Assembly (NCBI GenBank): GCA_903844385.1
Contig: CAIMTJ010000092.1
Coordinates: 2,826-66,825, forward strand
Reading direction: 5' to 3'
Length of the DNA stretch: 64,000 nucleotides
Origin: an uncultured Burkholderiales bacterium
Lineage (GTDB): Bacteria; Pseudomonadota; Gammaproteobacteria; Burkholderiales; Burkholderiaceae_C
Made by a program: the position numbers and the translations under genes. Of the stretch, positions 1-9,452 are shown piece after piece; position 1 is the first letter of the stretch, and the number at the start of each line of letters is the position of its first letter. Under the pieces are notes generated by a model. That model was given only the letters and a program-made list of their open reading frames with translations, did not search any database and was not told the DNA's origin.

Positions 1-313
1 GTGGGCTTTGGAGGGCGAAGTCGACAATGTAGACCACATTGAGTCCTGCACCACGCGCATCAAAGCTGCGCTTATGAACAACCAAGTCGCAAAGATCGCC
101 TTCTTTGAGCCTCAGGGTTTGAAGGACGAGCTCGCGCAAGGCCTGGGGGGCTTGTCGGTGCAGGTCCTCATGGGGATCGGTGGTTTGGGGTGCAATGGAT
201 TCGAGCCAAATCTCGGTGCCAATCTTTTGCGAGTCACGGCTGAGCACACTCGACATCTCATGGGGTGCCCCAACGCTGTCGAGCTTGATTTTGAGTTCGC
301 TAAGCCTGAGCAT
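1..313 (-). CDS. NAD(P)/FAD-dependent oxidoreductase (COG2509-like), 5' part; runs off window start
   Basis: Not in ORF track. Manual translation from ATG 313: MLRLSELKIKLD...LVVHKRSFDARGAGLNVVYIVDF, matching the family N-terminus (MLRLxEL, KRSxDAR); about 35 aa insertion. Confidence 0.75.
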   Translation of the reverse strand, partial: MLRLSELKIKLDSVGAPHEMSSVLSRDSQKIGTEIWLESIAPQTTDPHEDLHRQAPQALRELVLQTLRLKEGDLCDLVVHKRSFDARGAGLNVVYIVDFALQSP

Positions 314-558
314 GCTGTGTCTTAAAAATAGGGGGCAATCGTTCGAGCAACCAAGCCAGTGCTGGGTGGGGTGAATTATCGCTCCATAACCCAGAGCAGC
401 AAGGGTGCATCCTCACCAAGAAATCCGCTCACCCGCCAGGAATTGTCCCCGCGGGATTGCATCGTTCTTGGTGCTTTTCACAACAGCTGGGCGTGGGTCT
501 TTGCCTGAATCGGCCCGATTTTGAAGGGGAGGGGGTCCATCAAGGGATAATCGGTGTT

Positions 559-931
559 GTGAAGCAGGCTAGGCCGTCGCCGGCGCAAGAGTGGAAACAC
601 TGCGCGGGAGGAACGTCCGGACTGCACAGAACGGCGCAGGAGGTAACACCTCTCCACCGTGAGGTGAGGATCAGAGCAACAGAGACGAGTCGCTGTCGGG
701 CTGCAAAGCCCTTTGGCGGGTGAAACGGGCAATCTCTGCGCGCAGCAATACCAAGTAGGCCCTACGCGAGTGTTCTTGAATGCTTGGCTTGTGGTTTCGC
801 AAGTGATGTTGGGCGGGTAGGTAGCACCGAGCCGTGTGGGTGACCCACGGCCCAGATTAATGACGGTCACGCAAGGCAAGGCTTTCGAGTCTTGTCTCGT
901 GCACAGAATCCGGCGTATCGGCAGGCTTCAC
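559..931 (+). ncRNA. rnpB: RNase P RNA, type A
   Basis: GAGGAACGTCCGGA (CR-I), AGAGCAACAGAGAC, GGGTGAAACGGGCAA, CAGATTAATGAC, ACAGAATCCGGCGTATC (CR-V); ends GTGAAGC/GCTTCAC pair as P1. Confidence 0.95.
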
Positions 932-956
932 ACTTTTTTAGGATGACCTTGATTGC

Positions 957-2804
957 TCAGGGCAGGGGATCTTGGGCATGGCTGAGCCCCAAGGCTTTCA
1001 AAAGCTCGGGACTTGGGTGGATGTCGAGCCCCATCTCCAAGAGGCGCTTGACGTGCGCTGTCAACGACCGCATGGCGGCGGGCCACAAACGCTCGGGCAC
1101 ATCGTCGTAAGCCCATTTGACCCAGTCGTTGAGGCTCTTATCAGGGTGGGCGAGCATCACCGCTTTGATTTTGGCTTCGCGTTTTAGGCGGTGATTCTTC
1201 AGCTGAGCGATGATCTGAGAGGGGCCATGGGGCGCGCCTCGGTAGTTGCCCATCACATGGCCATGGGCTGGGGCGATGAATTCCAGGTGGTCTGACTCGC
1301 AAAGGGCGCTCAATGTGTCGAGCGACTTCAAGTAGGCCGTCATGCATCCATCGGGGGGGTCCACGATGGTGGTGCTGCCATTCAAAATGTGGTCGCCACT
1401 GAAAAGAATGCCTTCTTCTTCCAAGACCAAGCACAGGTGATTGGCCGCATGACCGGGGGTGTGAATCACCCTCAAGGTGTGGCTCATGGCCTGGTTTTCT
1501 CCGCTCCCACCCTCTGCGTTCAAAAAGATGTGCAGCCCTTTTTCAGGGGGCAAGCCGTCAACCAACTGCAGTCGCTCGTTCATGGACAGTTCACGCTCGG
1601 CTACAAAATAATGCGCATCCCGGGCAGTGGCCTGGGACGACAGCCCCAAGATGGGTGGGGTTGTCGCACACATGGCTTGTAGGGGCTTGGCGCCTGGCGA
1701 GTGGTCGGCGTGGGAGTGGGTACAAACGATGGCTCGGATGTCGCCTTGGGTGAAGAGACAGACCCGCTCCAAGTGTTGGGCCAGGGCGGGACCGGGATCG
1801 ATCACGATGAAGCCACTCGCGCGCGAGCCCACTATATAAGTATTGGTGCCCGGCCCCGTCATGAGGCCTGGGTTGGGGGCGGTCAAGCGGTGCAGGTTTT
1901 TGAGCAGGGGCACCGGTGCATCGCTTTGCCAGTCCAAGCTGTGTTTGAGTTGGCCCTCGGGGCACACGAGGGCGAGTTCTCCGTAAGGGCCCTCATGCTC
2001 CATGTAGCGTGTCTCTTGTCCCGATACAAAACCCCCACGCGGTGTGGAGCTGAACCAGGCTTGGTTGTCGCTGCAGGCCTCAGACACCCCTGAGCTGCTG
2101 GTAAAACGCTCCAAACGTTGGAGGGTTTTGAGGGTGGGGTAGACCAAGTGCAAGGTTTTGGCATGGTAGCGCTTCAAGGCCTCTTGGGGCTCGAGCCAGA
2201 CCGCATTGACTTGCTCGCCCCCGGTGACCTGGGGGGTTTGGTCCAGCGGGGCCTGGGCCCACAAAAACGGCACATCAAAGCGAATGGGCAAGTCGCGATC
2301 GGTTACCCAGTGGCACATGACGAAAAGACAGTCCAGGGCCAAGTGCCAATGGCGCGCGCTCAGTTGAGGGTAAAGCGGGCGGTGTTGCTCGAGACCCTTG
2401 GGTCCCCAAATTTCCTCACCGCTCAAGCGTTTGCCGTGGGCGTCATTGAGCATGACGAGCCCGACCTCCTCAAAGCTTTCACGCAGCGCGGCGGCGGCCT
2501 GGCTCAACTGTGCCAAGGTTTGATCGGGGCGAAACGGGTAAGCGCGGGCTTGGCCTGGAGGGGATGATGGGCTCGACCCCGAACGGGCCTGTGCCAGATA
2601 ACGCTTGGCGTAGTCGTGATCGGCCGCGTCGATTTTGCCGCCCGCGAACACATAGGCCCCAGGGGCAAAGCGCGCTTGGCTTGAGCGTTGGGTCATCAAT
2701 ACCTCAAAGCGCTTGGCGTGATCTCGCCCCCATACCAAGCTCACCGCGTGTTGAGCGGGAGCGACCGCGGTGGGGGCGTGCAAGTGGTGGTGTCGGCGTG
2801 TCAT
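957..2804 (-). CDS. NUDIX hydrolase / MBL-fold metallohydrolase fusion
   Basis: N-terminal VFAGG...ALRESFEEVG Nudix box; C-terminal THSHADH, HTPGH, SGDH and PAHG MBL motifs. Confidence 0.85.
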   Translation of the reverse strand: MTRRHHHLHAPTAVAPAQHAVSLVWGRDHAKRFEVLMTQRSSQARFAPGAYVFAGGKIDAADHDYAKRYLAQARSGSSPSSPPGQARAYPFRPDQTLAQLSQAAAALRESFEEVGLVMLNDAHGKRLSGEEIWGPKGLEQHRPLYPQLSARHWHLALDCLFVMCHWVTDRDLPIRFDVPFLWAQAPLDQTPQVTGGEQVNAVWLEPQEALKRYHAKTLHLVYPTLKTLQRLERFTSSSGVSEACSDNQAWFSSTPRGGFVSGQETRYMEHEGPYGELALVCPEGQLKHSLDWQSDAPVPLLKNLHRLTAPNPGLMTGPGTNTYIVGSRASGFIVIDPGPALAQHLERVCLFTQGDIRAIVCTHSHADHSPGAKPLQAMCATTPPILGLSSQATARDAHYFVAERELSMNERLQLVDGLPPEKGLHIFLNAEGGSGENQAMSHTLRVIHTPGHAANHLCLVLEEEGILFSGDHILNGSTTIVDPPDGCMTAYLKSLDTLSALCESDHLEFIAPAHGHVMGNYRGAPHGPSQIIAQLKNHRLKREAKIKAVMLAHPDKSLNDWVKWAYDDVPERLWPAAMRSLTAHVKRLLEMGLDIHPSPELLKALGLSHAQDPLP

Positions 2805-2891
2805 GGGGGTTGAAAAAAAACAAGGATCAAAGGGTGAGGCTGTTCATTGTAGAGCGACCCAGAAAGGAAGGTGCCATGGACAACCCGACGC

Positions 2892-2919
2892 CAGCTTGTT
2901 GTCAGCTCGTTGTCAGCTC
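2892..2919. promoter_or_regulatory. 11-bp direct repeat (CAGCTtGTTGT CAGCTcGTTGT CAGCTC); candidate OmpR-family regulator site
   Basis: One-helical-turn direct repeat in the divergent intergenic region upstream of the Bug gene. Confidence 0.35.
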
Positions 2920-3021
2920 CAGAGTCGGAAGTGGCGATGAAAGGAGGCCTGCAAGACCTGAGGTCAAATGGTGTCACAATCTGCATAAAAATAACCACAA
3001 GTTCCCACGGAGACCGACATC

Positions 3022-4089
3022 ATGAATCCAAAATCTAGCCACCACTATCTGCCATCGTTTTTTAAAAACCGGTCAGAGCAGCGGCCCAACTCGGGCGATA
3101 GGCGCCGCGACAAAAAGCTCAATGCCCTCGTCATCAGTGCCGGGCTTGCTGTGATGCTTGCGCTCAGCTGCCCCTTGGCGGTGCTCGCCCAGGCTTGGCC
3201 CACCAAGCAAGCCATCAAGCTCGTGGCGGTATTTCCCCCGGGCGGTTCAGTCGACCAAGTGGCGCGCATTTTGGCGCAACCCTTGCAGGCCCAGCTCGGT
3301 CAAAACGTGATTGTGGACAACCGTGGAGGGGCATCGGGCACCGTGGGCACCGCTTCCGTGATCAACGCACCGGCCGACGGCTACACCTTTGCCGTGGTGT
3401 TTGACACCCATGGCGTGAACCCGAGTTTGATCCCCAGTCTGCCCTACGACAGCAAACGCGACTTGGTGCCGCTCATCTTGGTGGGCACGTCCCCGATGGT
3501 GCTCGCGACCTTCGCAGGCTCGGAGTACAAAACTTTCAAGGATGTGATGGACGCGGCCAAGGCCCACAAAAATGTGAGTTTTGGCACCATCGGCAACGGT
3601 TCATTGGGGCATTTGGCCATGACGCTGTTGGGTAAAAATGCCCAGGTGAGCTTCAACCACATCCCTTATAAAGGTGGTGGTCCTTTGATGAACGACGCCA
3701 TCGCCGGCCACGTGCCCTTGTCGATTGGCTCGGTGTTTGTCACCAAGCCCCATTTGGACAGCAAAAGAATGCGCGCGCTCGCCGTCACCAGCACGCGTCG
3801 GGCCAGCGATTTGCCCGATGTCCCCACCGTGGCAGAAAATGGCTTTCCCGGTTTTGATGCGCCTGCTTGGTGGGCGGTGCTGGCCTCGGCCAAGACACCG
3901 CCAGATATTGTGCGGCGCATGAATGAAGAGCTCAACAAGGCCCTCAAGAGCCCAGAGGTCGCGCAAAAACTCGACGCCCAAGGCATTGATGTGGTGGGCG
4001 GCTCAGTGGACAAAGCCAAAACCTTCATCGAGTCACAAATGGACATCTGGGCCAAGGTGGTGAAAGACAACAACATCGTGGCCGATTAA
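3022..4089 (+). CDS. Tripartite tricarboxylate transporter substrate-binding protein (Bug/TctC family)
   Basis: Signal peptide, FPPGGSVD, VDNRGGASG, HIPYKGGGP, PDVPT motifs. Confidence 0.92.
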   Translation: MNPKSSHHYLPSFFKNRSEQRPNSGDRRRDKKLNALVISAGLAVMLALSCPLAVLAQAWPTKQAIKLVAVFPPGGSVDQVARILAQPLQAQLGQNVIVDNRGGASGTVGTASVINAPADGYTFAVVFDTHGVNPSLIPSLPYDSKRDLVPLILVGTSPMVLATFAGSEYKTFKDVMDAAKAHKNVSFGTIGNGSLGHLAMTLLGKNAQVSFNHIPYKGGGPLMNDAIAGHVPLSIGSVFVTKPHLDSKRMRALAVTSTRRASDLPDVPTVAENGFPGFDAPAWWAVLASAKTPPDIVRRMNEELNKALKSPEVAQKLDAQGIDVVGGSVDKAKTFIESQMDIWAKVVKDNNIVAD

Positions 4090-4130
4090 GACGCTTCTCT
4101 AGGGGGGATCACACCACCCAGAGGCGTGTC

Positions 4131-4676
4131 TCAGGACTCGGGGGTGACTTTCAAGGCCAAGAGCAGTCTTGCCACCATGTTGTAGGTGGCAATGGCGGTG
4201 GTGAGCTCGACAATTTCAGTCGTGTCAAAGTGCTGCTTCAAGGACTCAAAGAGAGCGTCTTGGATATGCACGTCTTGGGTCATTTGTGCGGCGTACTGAA
4301 TGACCAAGCGAGACTGCTCATCGAGATCGGGGTCGGTGACGGGTTGTCTGGCGTCGCCCTGGACCACCCGGGCCAAGGCATCGAGCTCGGCTTGGGTGCC
4401 CCCGGCGGCCAAAAAATCGGGCGCATGGTGGTGGTATTCGTAATGCGCGCCAGTCAGCAAGGCGACCGTGCAGATGCCGATTTCGCGCAGTTTTCTGGAC
4501 GTCCCCAGTCCCGTGCGAACTTCTTTGAGAAACACATTCCAGCCCCGTGCGACGGGCTCGCTCCAAAGCAAGGTGTGGTCCAAGTTGATGAGGGTGCCGC
4601 CGCGTCGGGCTTTGATGGCGTCGACCAAATCGGTGGGTTGGGCTTTGAGCGATTGGCTCCAGGCAGGTATGCGCAT
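4131..4676 (-). CDS. Carboxymuconolactone decarboxylase / AhpD-like protein
   Basis: LREIGIC...AHYEYHHH, EIVELTTAIATYN pattern. Confidence 0.75.
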   Translation of the reverse strand: MRIPAWSQSLKAQPTDLVDAIKARRGGTLINLDHTLLWSEPVARGWNVFLKEVRTGLGTSRKLREIGICTVALLTGAHYEYHHHAPDFLAAGGTQAELDALARVVQGDARQPVTDPDLDEQSRLVIQYAAQMTQDVHIQDALFESLKQHFDTTEIVELTTAIATYNMVARLLLALKVTPES

Positions 4677-4931
4677 GGTTGAAAGTGTCTCCGTGGTGAG
4701 TGGGCTTTGTCAATGGGCTAGGCACTGCGCGTGAGTATAGTGGGGGAGTGTCTCTGGTGTGCATGGGGTTGGACCCCAGTCGATGTCGGGCGCTTTGTCA
4801 CATGGCCCGTCAGTGGCACATCGCCAACATCGCCAACTTGGTCCAGTGGGGTTTGCGTTTGAATTCAAGCCGACGAAAAATATTCGTGCCAACTTCACAA
4901 GACGCTGGCAACTCCCCCGATAATGACGGCC

Positions 4932-5804
4932 ATGCGAATTCCTTTTACGAAAATGCAAGGCACGGGCAATGACTTTGTGGTCATCGATGAGACCCAGGTG
5001 CTCTACCACTTGAGTGCCCAGCAGTACCGTGCCATTGCCGACAGGCATTTTGGGGTGGGGGCCGATCAGATTTTGAGTGTGCGCTCGACCGCTCTGGAGG
5101 GCTTGGACTTTGAGTACGTGATCCACAACGCCGACGGCTCCGAGGTGGAACACTGCGGCAATGGGGCACGGTGTTTTTTGCGCTTCGTGCGCGAGTCGGG
5201 TTTGTCGCAGAAATCCCCTCTTCGTGTGAAAGTTAAAAAAGGTATCATCGAGCTCGTCGAGCACGAGGATCACCAAGTGACGGTGCAAATGGGCGCGCCC
5301 AATTTCGAGCCGCAACGCATTCCTTTTTTGCCTGAGCGAGCCGTGGTTGATAGCCAAAGGGACGGATTCACCACCTGGCGCTTGGCGCTGGGTCAAGAGC
5401 ACCCTGGCGAGGAAGTGCACTTGGGGGTGGTCTCCATGGGCAACCCCCATGCGGTGATGATGGTCGCTGATGTGCAGGCCGCGCCGGTTTTGAGTTGGGG
5501 GCCATTGCTCGAGCACCACCAGACGTTTCCAGAGCGGGTGAATGTGGGCTTCATGCAAGTGCTCAGTCGAAGCACCATACGCCTGAGGGTCTTCGAGCGA
5601 GGTGCTGGCGAGACGCTCGCGTGCGGCACGGGTGCTTGTGCCGCGGTCGTGTGTGGCATCCGTTGGGGTTTATTGGACGCCAAGGTGAAGGTCTTGGCCC
5701 CAGGGGGTGAGTTGACCATCGAGTGGCTGGGCGGCGAGAGCGATGTGTCGCTCACGGGCCCAGCGGTGAGTGTTTTTAAAGGTGAATTGGATCTTCATGA
5801 TTGA
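4932..5804 (+). CDS. dapF: Diaminopimelate epimerase
   Basis: FTKMQGTGNDF, CGNGARC, GNPH, ERGAGETLACGTG. Confidence 0.97.
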   Translation: MRIPFTKMQGTGNDFVVIDETQVLYHLSAQQYRAIADRHFGVGADQILSVRSTALEGLDFEYVIHNADGSEVEHCGNGARCFLRFVRESGLSQKSPLRVKVKKGIIELVEHEDHQVTVQMGAPNFEPQRIPFLPERAVVDSQRDGFTTWRLALGQEHPGEEVHLGVVSMGNPHAVMMVADVQAAPVLSWGPLLEHHQTFPERVNVGFMQVLSRSTIRLRVFERGAGETLACGTGACAAVVCGIRWGLLDAKVKVLAPGGELTIEWLGGESDVSLTGPAVSVFKGELDLHD

Positions 5805-6570
5805 GCACAACAACATCAATCCCATCACGGAAGATGACATCGCAAATTTTTTGCTGCACACCCCTGATTTTTTTGTGCGGCATTCGGAAATCCTGTCGCA
5901 AATCAGGATTCCCAACCCCCACGGCCAGCGGGCGGTGAGTCTGCAAGAGCGGCAAGCCGACATGTTGCGCGAGAAAATCCGCGCCCATGAAATGCGCTTG
6001 ATGGAGATGATCCGAAACGGCAACGAGAACTTGATCTTGACCGACCGCTTGCACCGCTGGGCCAAGAATTTGTTGTTGGTCAACGGCACGGACCAGTTGA
6101 CCCACACCATGGTGCAAGAAATCCAAAGTCAATTCATGGTGCCGCAAGTGGCCCTGAAGTTGTGGGGCCTGCAAGGCGAGCACGCGAGCGACCCCATCAC
6201 CGCCGGGGTGAGTGAGAGTGTGAAAGAGTTTGCGAGCACCTTGGCGCAACCGTATTGCGGGCCCAACTCGGGGTTTGAGGCCATTGCGTGGCTCGATGAT
6301 GCCAAAGCAGTGCAGTCGATTGCCATGGTGTCGCTCAGAAAGCTGCATCTCCCAGGCGCCGATGACGAGCAACTCACGCCCAACAAAGGTGTCACTTTGG
6401 CCGAGTCATTGACTTTGCGGGGTGCAGACCACGACGAGTTGATGCCTTGCATGGGGCTGTTGGTCTTGGCGTCACCTGACCCGCAGCGCTACCATGCGGG
6501 CATGGGCACCGAATTTTTAACCCGCATTGGTGAGTTGTCCAGCGCCGTGCTCATGCGCTTGATGGCTTGA
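5797..6570 (+). CDS. DUF484 family protein (YigA-like)
   Basis: PDFF..H, AVSLQERQ...LR, MGTEFL; located between dapF and xerC. Confidence 0.88.
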   Translation: MIEHNNINPITEDDIANFLLHTPDFFVRHSEILSQIRIPNPHGQRAVSLQERQADMLREKIRAHEMRLMEMIRNGNENLILTDRLHRWAKNLLLVNGTDQLTHTMVQEIQSQFMVPQVALKLWGLQGEHASDPITAGVSESVKEFASTLAQPYCGPNSGFEAIAWLDDAKAVQSIAMVSLRKLHLPGADDEQLTPNKGVTLAESLTLRGADHDELMPCMGLLVLASPDPQRYHAGMGTEFLTRIGELSSAVLMRLMA

Positions 6571-6606
6571 TGGATTCGTGGGTGGCGACAGGCGAGCATT
6601 GAGGCG

Positions 6607-6645
6607 CCGCTAGCACCTGCTAGCCCCCGCTAGCCCCGCCAGCCC
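6607..6645. repeat. Tandem 10-nt repeat (CCGCTAGCCC-like, about 4 degenerate copies)
   Basis: ccgctagcac ctgctagccc ccgctagccc cgccagccc. Confidence 0.7.
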
Positions 6646-6702
6646 CCACTTCATGCGACCTCACCTGCTTGTCCTCACGCTGCTCAGAAGGGAGCCCCTG
6701 GT

Positions 6703-7764
6703 TTGAGCCCATCGCAAGACAGCCACCCCCCAGCGCAAAAACCTTGGCACGAGACGGTGCACCCCTGGGTCGAGCGTTATCTCGACCACGTGCGCTTTGA
6801 AAAACGCTTGGCCACTCGCACGGTGACGCTGTACCAGTTGGATTTGCAAAGGCTCTCCCAGAGTTTGCACGCCATGGGTGTGGCCATAGAAGACGTTCAA
6901 AGCCAGCACCTGCGCACCTTGATCGCCAAAATGCACCAAGGCGGTCGCAGTGCACGCGGCATAGCGCTCATCGTCTCGGGCTGGCGTGGTTTTTTGGGCT
7001 GGGCCCACCGCGAGGGCTTGATCCGTGCCAATCCCATCCTGGGCATCAAGGCGCCCAAGGCCAAGAAGCCCTTGCCCAAAGCCCTGAGTGTGGATCAAGC
7101 CGTGCAATTGGCCAATTTTCAAGCGCCCCTGCAGTCGCCGAGCGTGTCGAGCAGCAAGCGCACAAATGCCAAGGCGCCAAGGCCCGAGGCCCAGGCTTTG
7201 TCGGCGTGGCTCGAAGCCAGAGACCGCTTGATGGTGGAGTTGCTCTATGGCAGTGGCTTGAGGGTGGGCGAGATGACGGGGCTCGATGCCGAGCCCTCCA
7301 AAGAGGCCAAGGGCTGGATCGATTTGCCCTCCAAAACCGCTTTTGTCATGGGCAAGGGCAGCAAGTTCAGGAGTGTGCCCATTGGCCGTGAAGCGGCCAA
7401 GGCCTTGCTGGATTGGTTGGCCTGTCGAGAGGCCCTTCACGCCCAGGACCCAGCCAAAGCGCAGTCTTGTTCGGCTGCGCTCTTGACCGGACGCCATGGC
7501 ACACGGCTCACGGCTCAGGCGATTTGGGCGCGCCTTCGAGCGCGTGCCCAAGCAGCGGGGCTCACGACGCCGGTTCACCCGCACATGCTCAGGCACTCCT
7601 TTGCCAGTCACTTGCTGCAGTCGAGCTCGGATTTGCGCGGGGTGCAGGAGTTGCTCGGCCACGCCAACATCAGCACCACCCAGGTCTACACCCGCTTGGA
7701 CTACCAGCACTTGGCGCAAATTTACGACCAAGCCCACCCCAGAGCCAAACGCAAGCCCAAGTAG
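6703..7764 (+). CDS. xerC: Tyrosine recombinase XerC
   Basis: ELLYGSGLR, GKGSK, HPHMLRHSFASH, LLGH, TTQVYT; dapF-DUF484-xerC context; start codon uncertain. Confidence 0.92.
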   Translation: MSPSQDSHPPAQKPWHETVHPWVERYLDHVRFEKRLATRTVTLYQLDLQRLSQSLHAMGVAIEDVQSQHLRTLIAKMHQGGRSARGIALIVSGWRGFLGWAHREGLIRANPILGIKAPKAKKPLPKALSVDQAVQLANFQAPLQSPSVSSSKRTNAKAPRPEAQALSAWLEARDRLMVELLYGSGLRVGEMTGLDAEPSKEAKGWIDLPSKTAFVMGKGSKFRSVPIGREAAKALLDWLACREALHAQDPAKAQSCSAALLTGRHGTRLTAQAIWARLRARAQAAGLTTPVHPHMLRHSFASHLLQSSSDLRGVQELLGHANISTTQVYTRLDYQHLAQIYDQAHPRAKRKPK

Positions 7765-7792
7765 GACCAAGTAGGACCATGTAGGACCAAGA
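7757..7792. repeat. Tandem 10-nt repeat CCAAGTAGGA x3 spanning the xerC stop
   Basis: ccaagtagga ccaagtagga ccatgtagga ccaaga. Confidence 0.8.
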
Positions 7793-7968
7793 CCCATCAA
7801 GACCAGGAAAGACAGCCCACACCAGACTTTCTCGATGCGTTGTCGGTCTTTTGTCCATGGGATGCACTCACCAGGGTCAGTTGTGGCCTGAGCGGTGGTA
7901 GAGTTCAGCCTTTTACTCAAGGCTCTGGACTGCGATGCAAGCGCTGCAGGCCTCGACCCCTTCACTCC

Positions 7969-9303
7969 ATGAAAACCATCACCTTAAGACCTGGCAAGGA
8001 GCGCTCGTTGCTCAAAGGCCATCCCTGGGTGTTTGACACGTCCATTGCCAAGGGCTCGGCGGACGCGGGCGAGACAGTGCGGGTGCATGGCAGTGATGGG
8101 GCTTTTTTGGCCTGGGCCGCCTTCAGCCCGAGCTCCAAAATCCGGGCCCGGGTGTGGAGTTTTCAAGAAACGACCCGCATTGATGAGCTGTGGATGGACC
8201 AACTCGTTGAGCGCGCCATCGCCATGCGCGACCGCCAGCACTGGGCGAGCTCGGGAGTGCGCCTAGTGCATGCCGAATCCGATGGCTTGCCGGGCCTCAT
8301 TGTGGACCGCTACAACGACACCTTGGTGGTGCAATTCTCGGCCAGCGGGGTGGAGCGTTTCAAAGGGGCCATTGTGCGCTCCTTGATCAAGCACACCGGT
8401 TTGGTCAAGGTGTTTGAGCGCTCGGACACGAGTTCGAGAAAGCAAGAAGGGCTCGAGCCCCGGGTGGGGTGGCTCGAGCGTTCCGATTGGGCCCCTGAGT
8501 TGAAGGCTCCTGCCGCCTCAGACCCCGATTCAATGGAACCCTTGGCCCTTGGGCAATCGGTGTCTCAAGGCTTGCCAGGCTTGTCAGACTTGTCAGACTT
8601 GCGTCGCGACCTTGGGGCCACGCGGCTCACGATCCAAGAGCATGACTGGCAGCTGTGTCTGGACATCGAGGCCGGTCACAAGACGGGGTTTTATTTGGAT
8701 CAACGAGACTCTCGGGCGGCACTGGGGCGTTATGTGGCCACGCTTTCGCTGTCTCGGGTCCTCAATTGCTACGCCTACACGGGGGGCTTCACGGTGGCGG
8801 CTTTGCACGGCATGCGCGCTTCGGGCGTGTTGGTGAGTTCGGGCCATGTCACCAGCGTGGACTCTTCGGCGCCGTCCTTGGAGATGGCGCGCCACAACGT
8901 CAAAATCAATGGCTTTGAAGAGTCAAGCACGACCATGATGGTGGCCGATGTGAACGCGAGTTTGCGCCAGTTTTTAGCGCTTGGCCAGCAGTTTGACGCC
9001 ATCGTGCTCGATCCGCCCAAATTTGCTCCCACGAGCGTGCATGTGGACCGAGCCGCCAGGGCTTACAAGGACATCAACCGCTTGGCCCTGATGCTCTTGG
9101 CGCCGGGTGGGGTGCTGCTCACCTTCAGCTGCTCGGGCGGGGTGAGCCCAGAGCTGTTTCATCAAATCGTGGCGTCTGCGGGGGCCGATGCCCACGTCGA
9201 TGGCTATATATTGGAGCGCCTGCAAGGCGCGAGCGACCACCCCATGACCTTGAATTTCCCCCAAGGCGATTATCTCAAAGGCTTGGTGGTGATGAAAAAG
9301 TGA
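7969..9303 (+). CDS. rlmI: 23S rRNA m5C1962 methyltransferase (RlmI family)
   Basis: HPWVF, AESDGLPG, GHKTGFYLDQR, LDPPKF, TFSCSG, YLKG. Confidence 0.9.
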   Translation: MKTITLRPGKERSLLKGHPWVFDTSIAKGSADAGETVRVHGSDGAFLAWAAFSPSSKIRARVWSFQETTRIDELWMDQLVERAIAMRDRQHWASSGVRLVHAESDGLPGLIVDRYNDTLVVQFSASGVERFKGAIVRSLIKHTGLVKVFERSDTSSRKQEGLEPRVGWLERSDWAPELKAPAASDPDSMEPLALGQSVSQGLPGLSDLSDLRRDLGATRLTIQEHDWQLCLDIEAGHKTGFYLDQRDSRAALGRYVATLSLSRVLNCYAYTGGFTVAALHGMRASGVLVSSGHVTSVDSSAPSLEMARHNVKINGFEESSTTMMVADVNASLRQFLALGQQFDAIVLDPPKFAPTSVHVDRAARAYKDINRLALMLLAPGGVLLTFSCSGGVSPELFHQIVASAGADAHVDGYILERLQGASDHPMTLNFPQGDYLKGLVVMKK

Positions 9304-9452
9304 TGTCAGACTGAGATGTTATGCTCAAAGCTTAAACGGGGCGGCCTCGGTGCTGAGAACACCCTGGGGCCTCGCCATCGGCTCGATGCGGTATTGATTT
9401 CTGGGGTTTTGGACCCATCTAGGGTGTTTTGTACATTGTTGAAGGCGAACTT

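Noticed and set aside
8-374. Plus-strand ORFs at the window start
   Set aside because: The real gene is the minus-strand oxidoreductase starting at 313.
457-879. ORFs 457-723 (+) and 478-879 (-)
   Set aside because: They overlap RNase P RNA and are spurious.
6703-7764. Tyrosine recombinase as a prophage/island integrase
   Set aside because: The dapF-DUF484-xerC context is the housekeeping locus; no att sites or cargo are visible.
7757-7792. Repeats as a CRISPR array
   Set aside because: The units are 10 nt, with no spacers and no cas genes.
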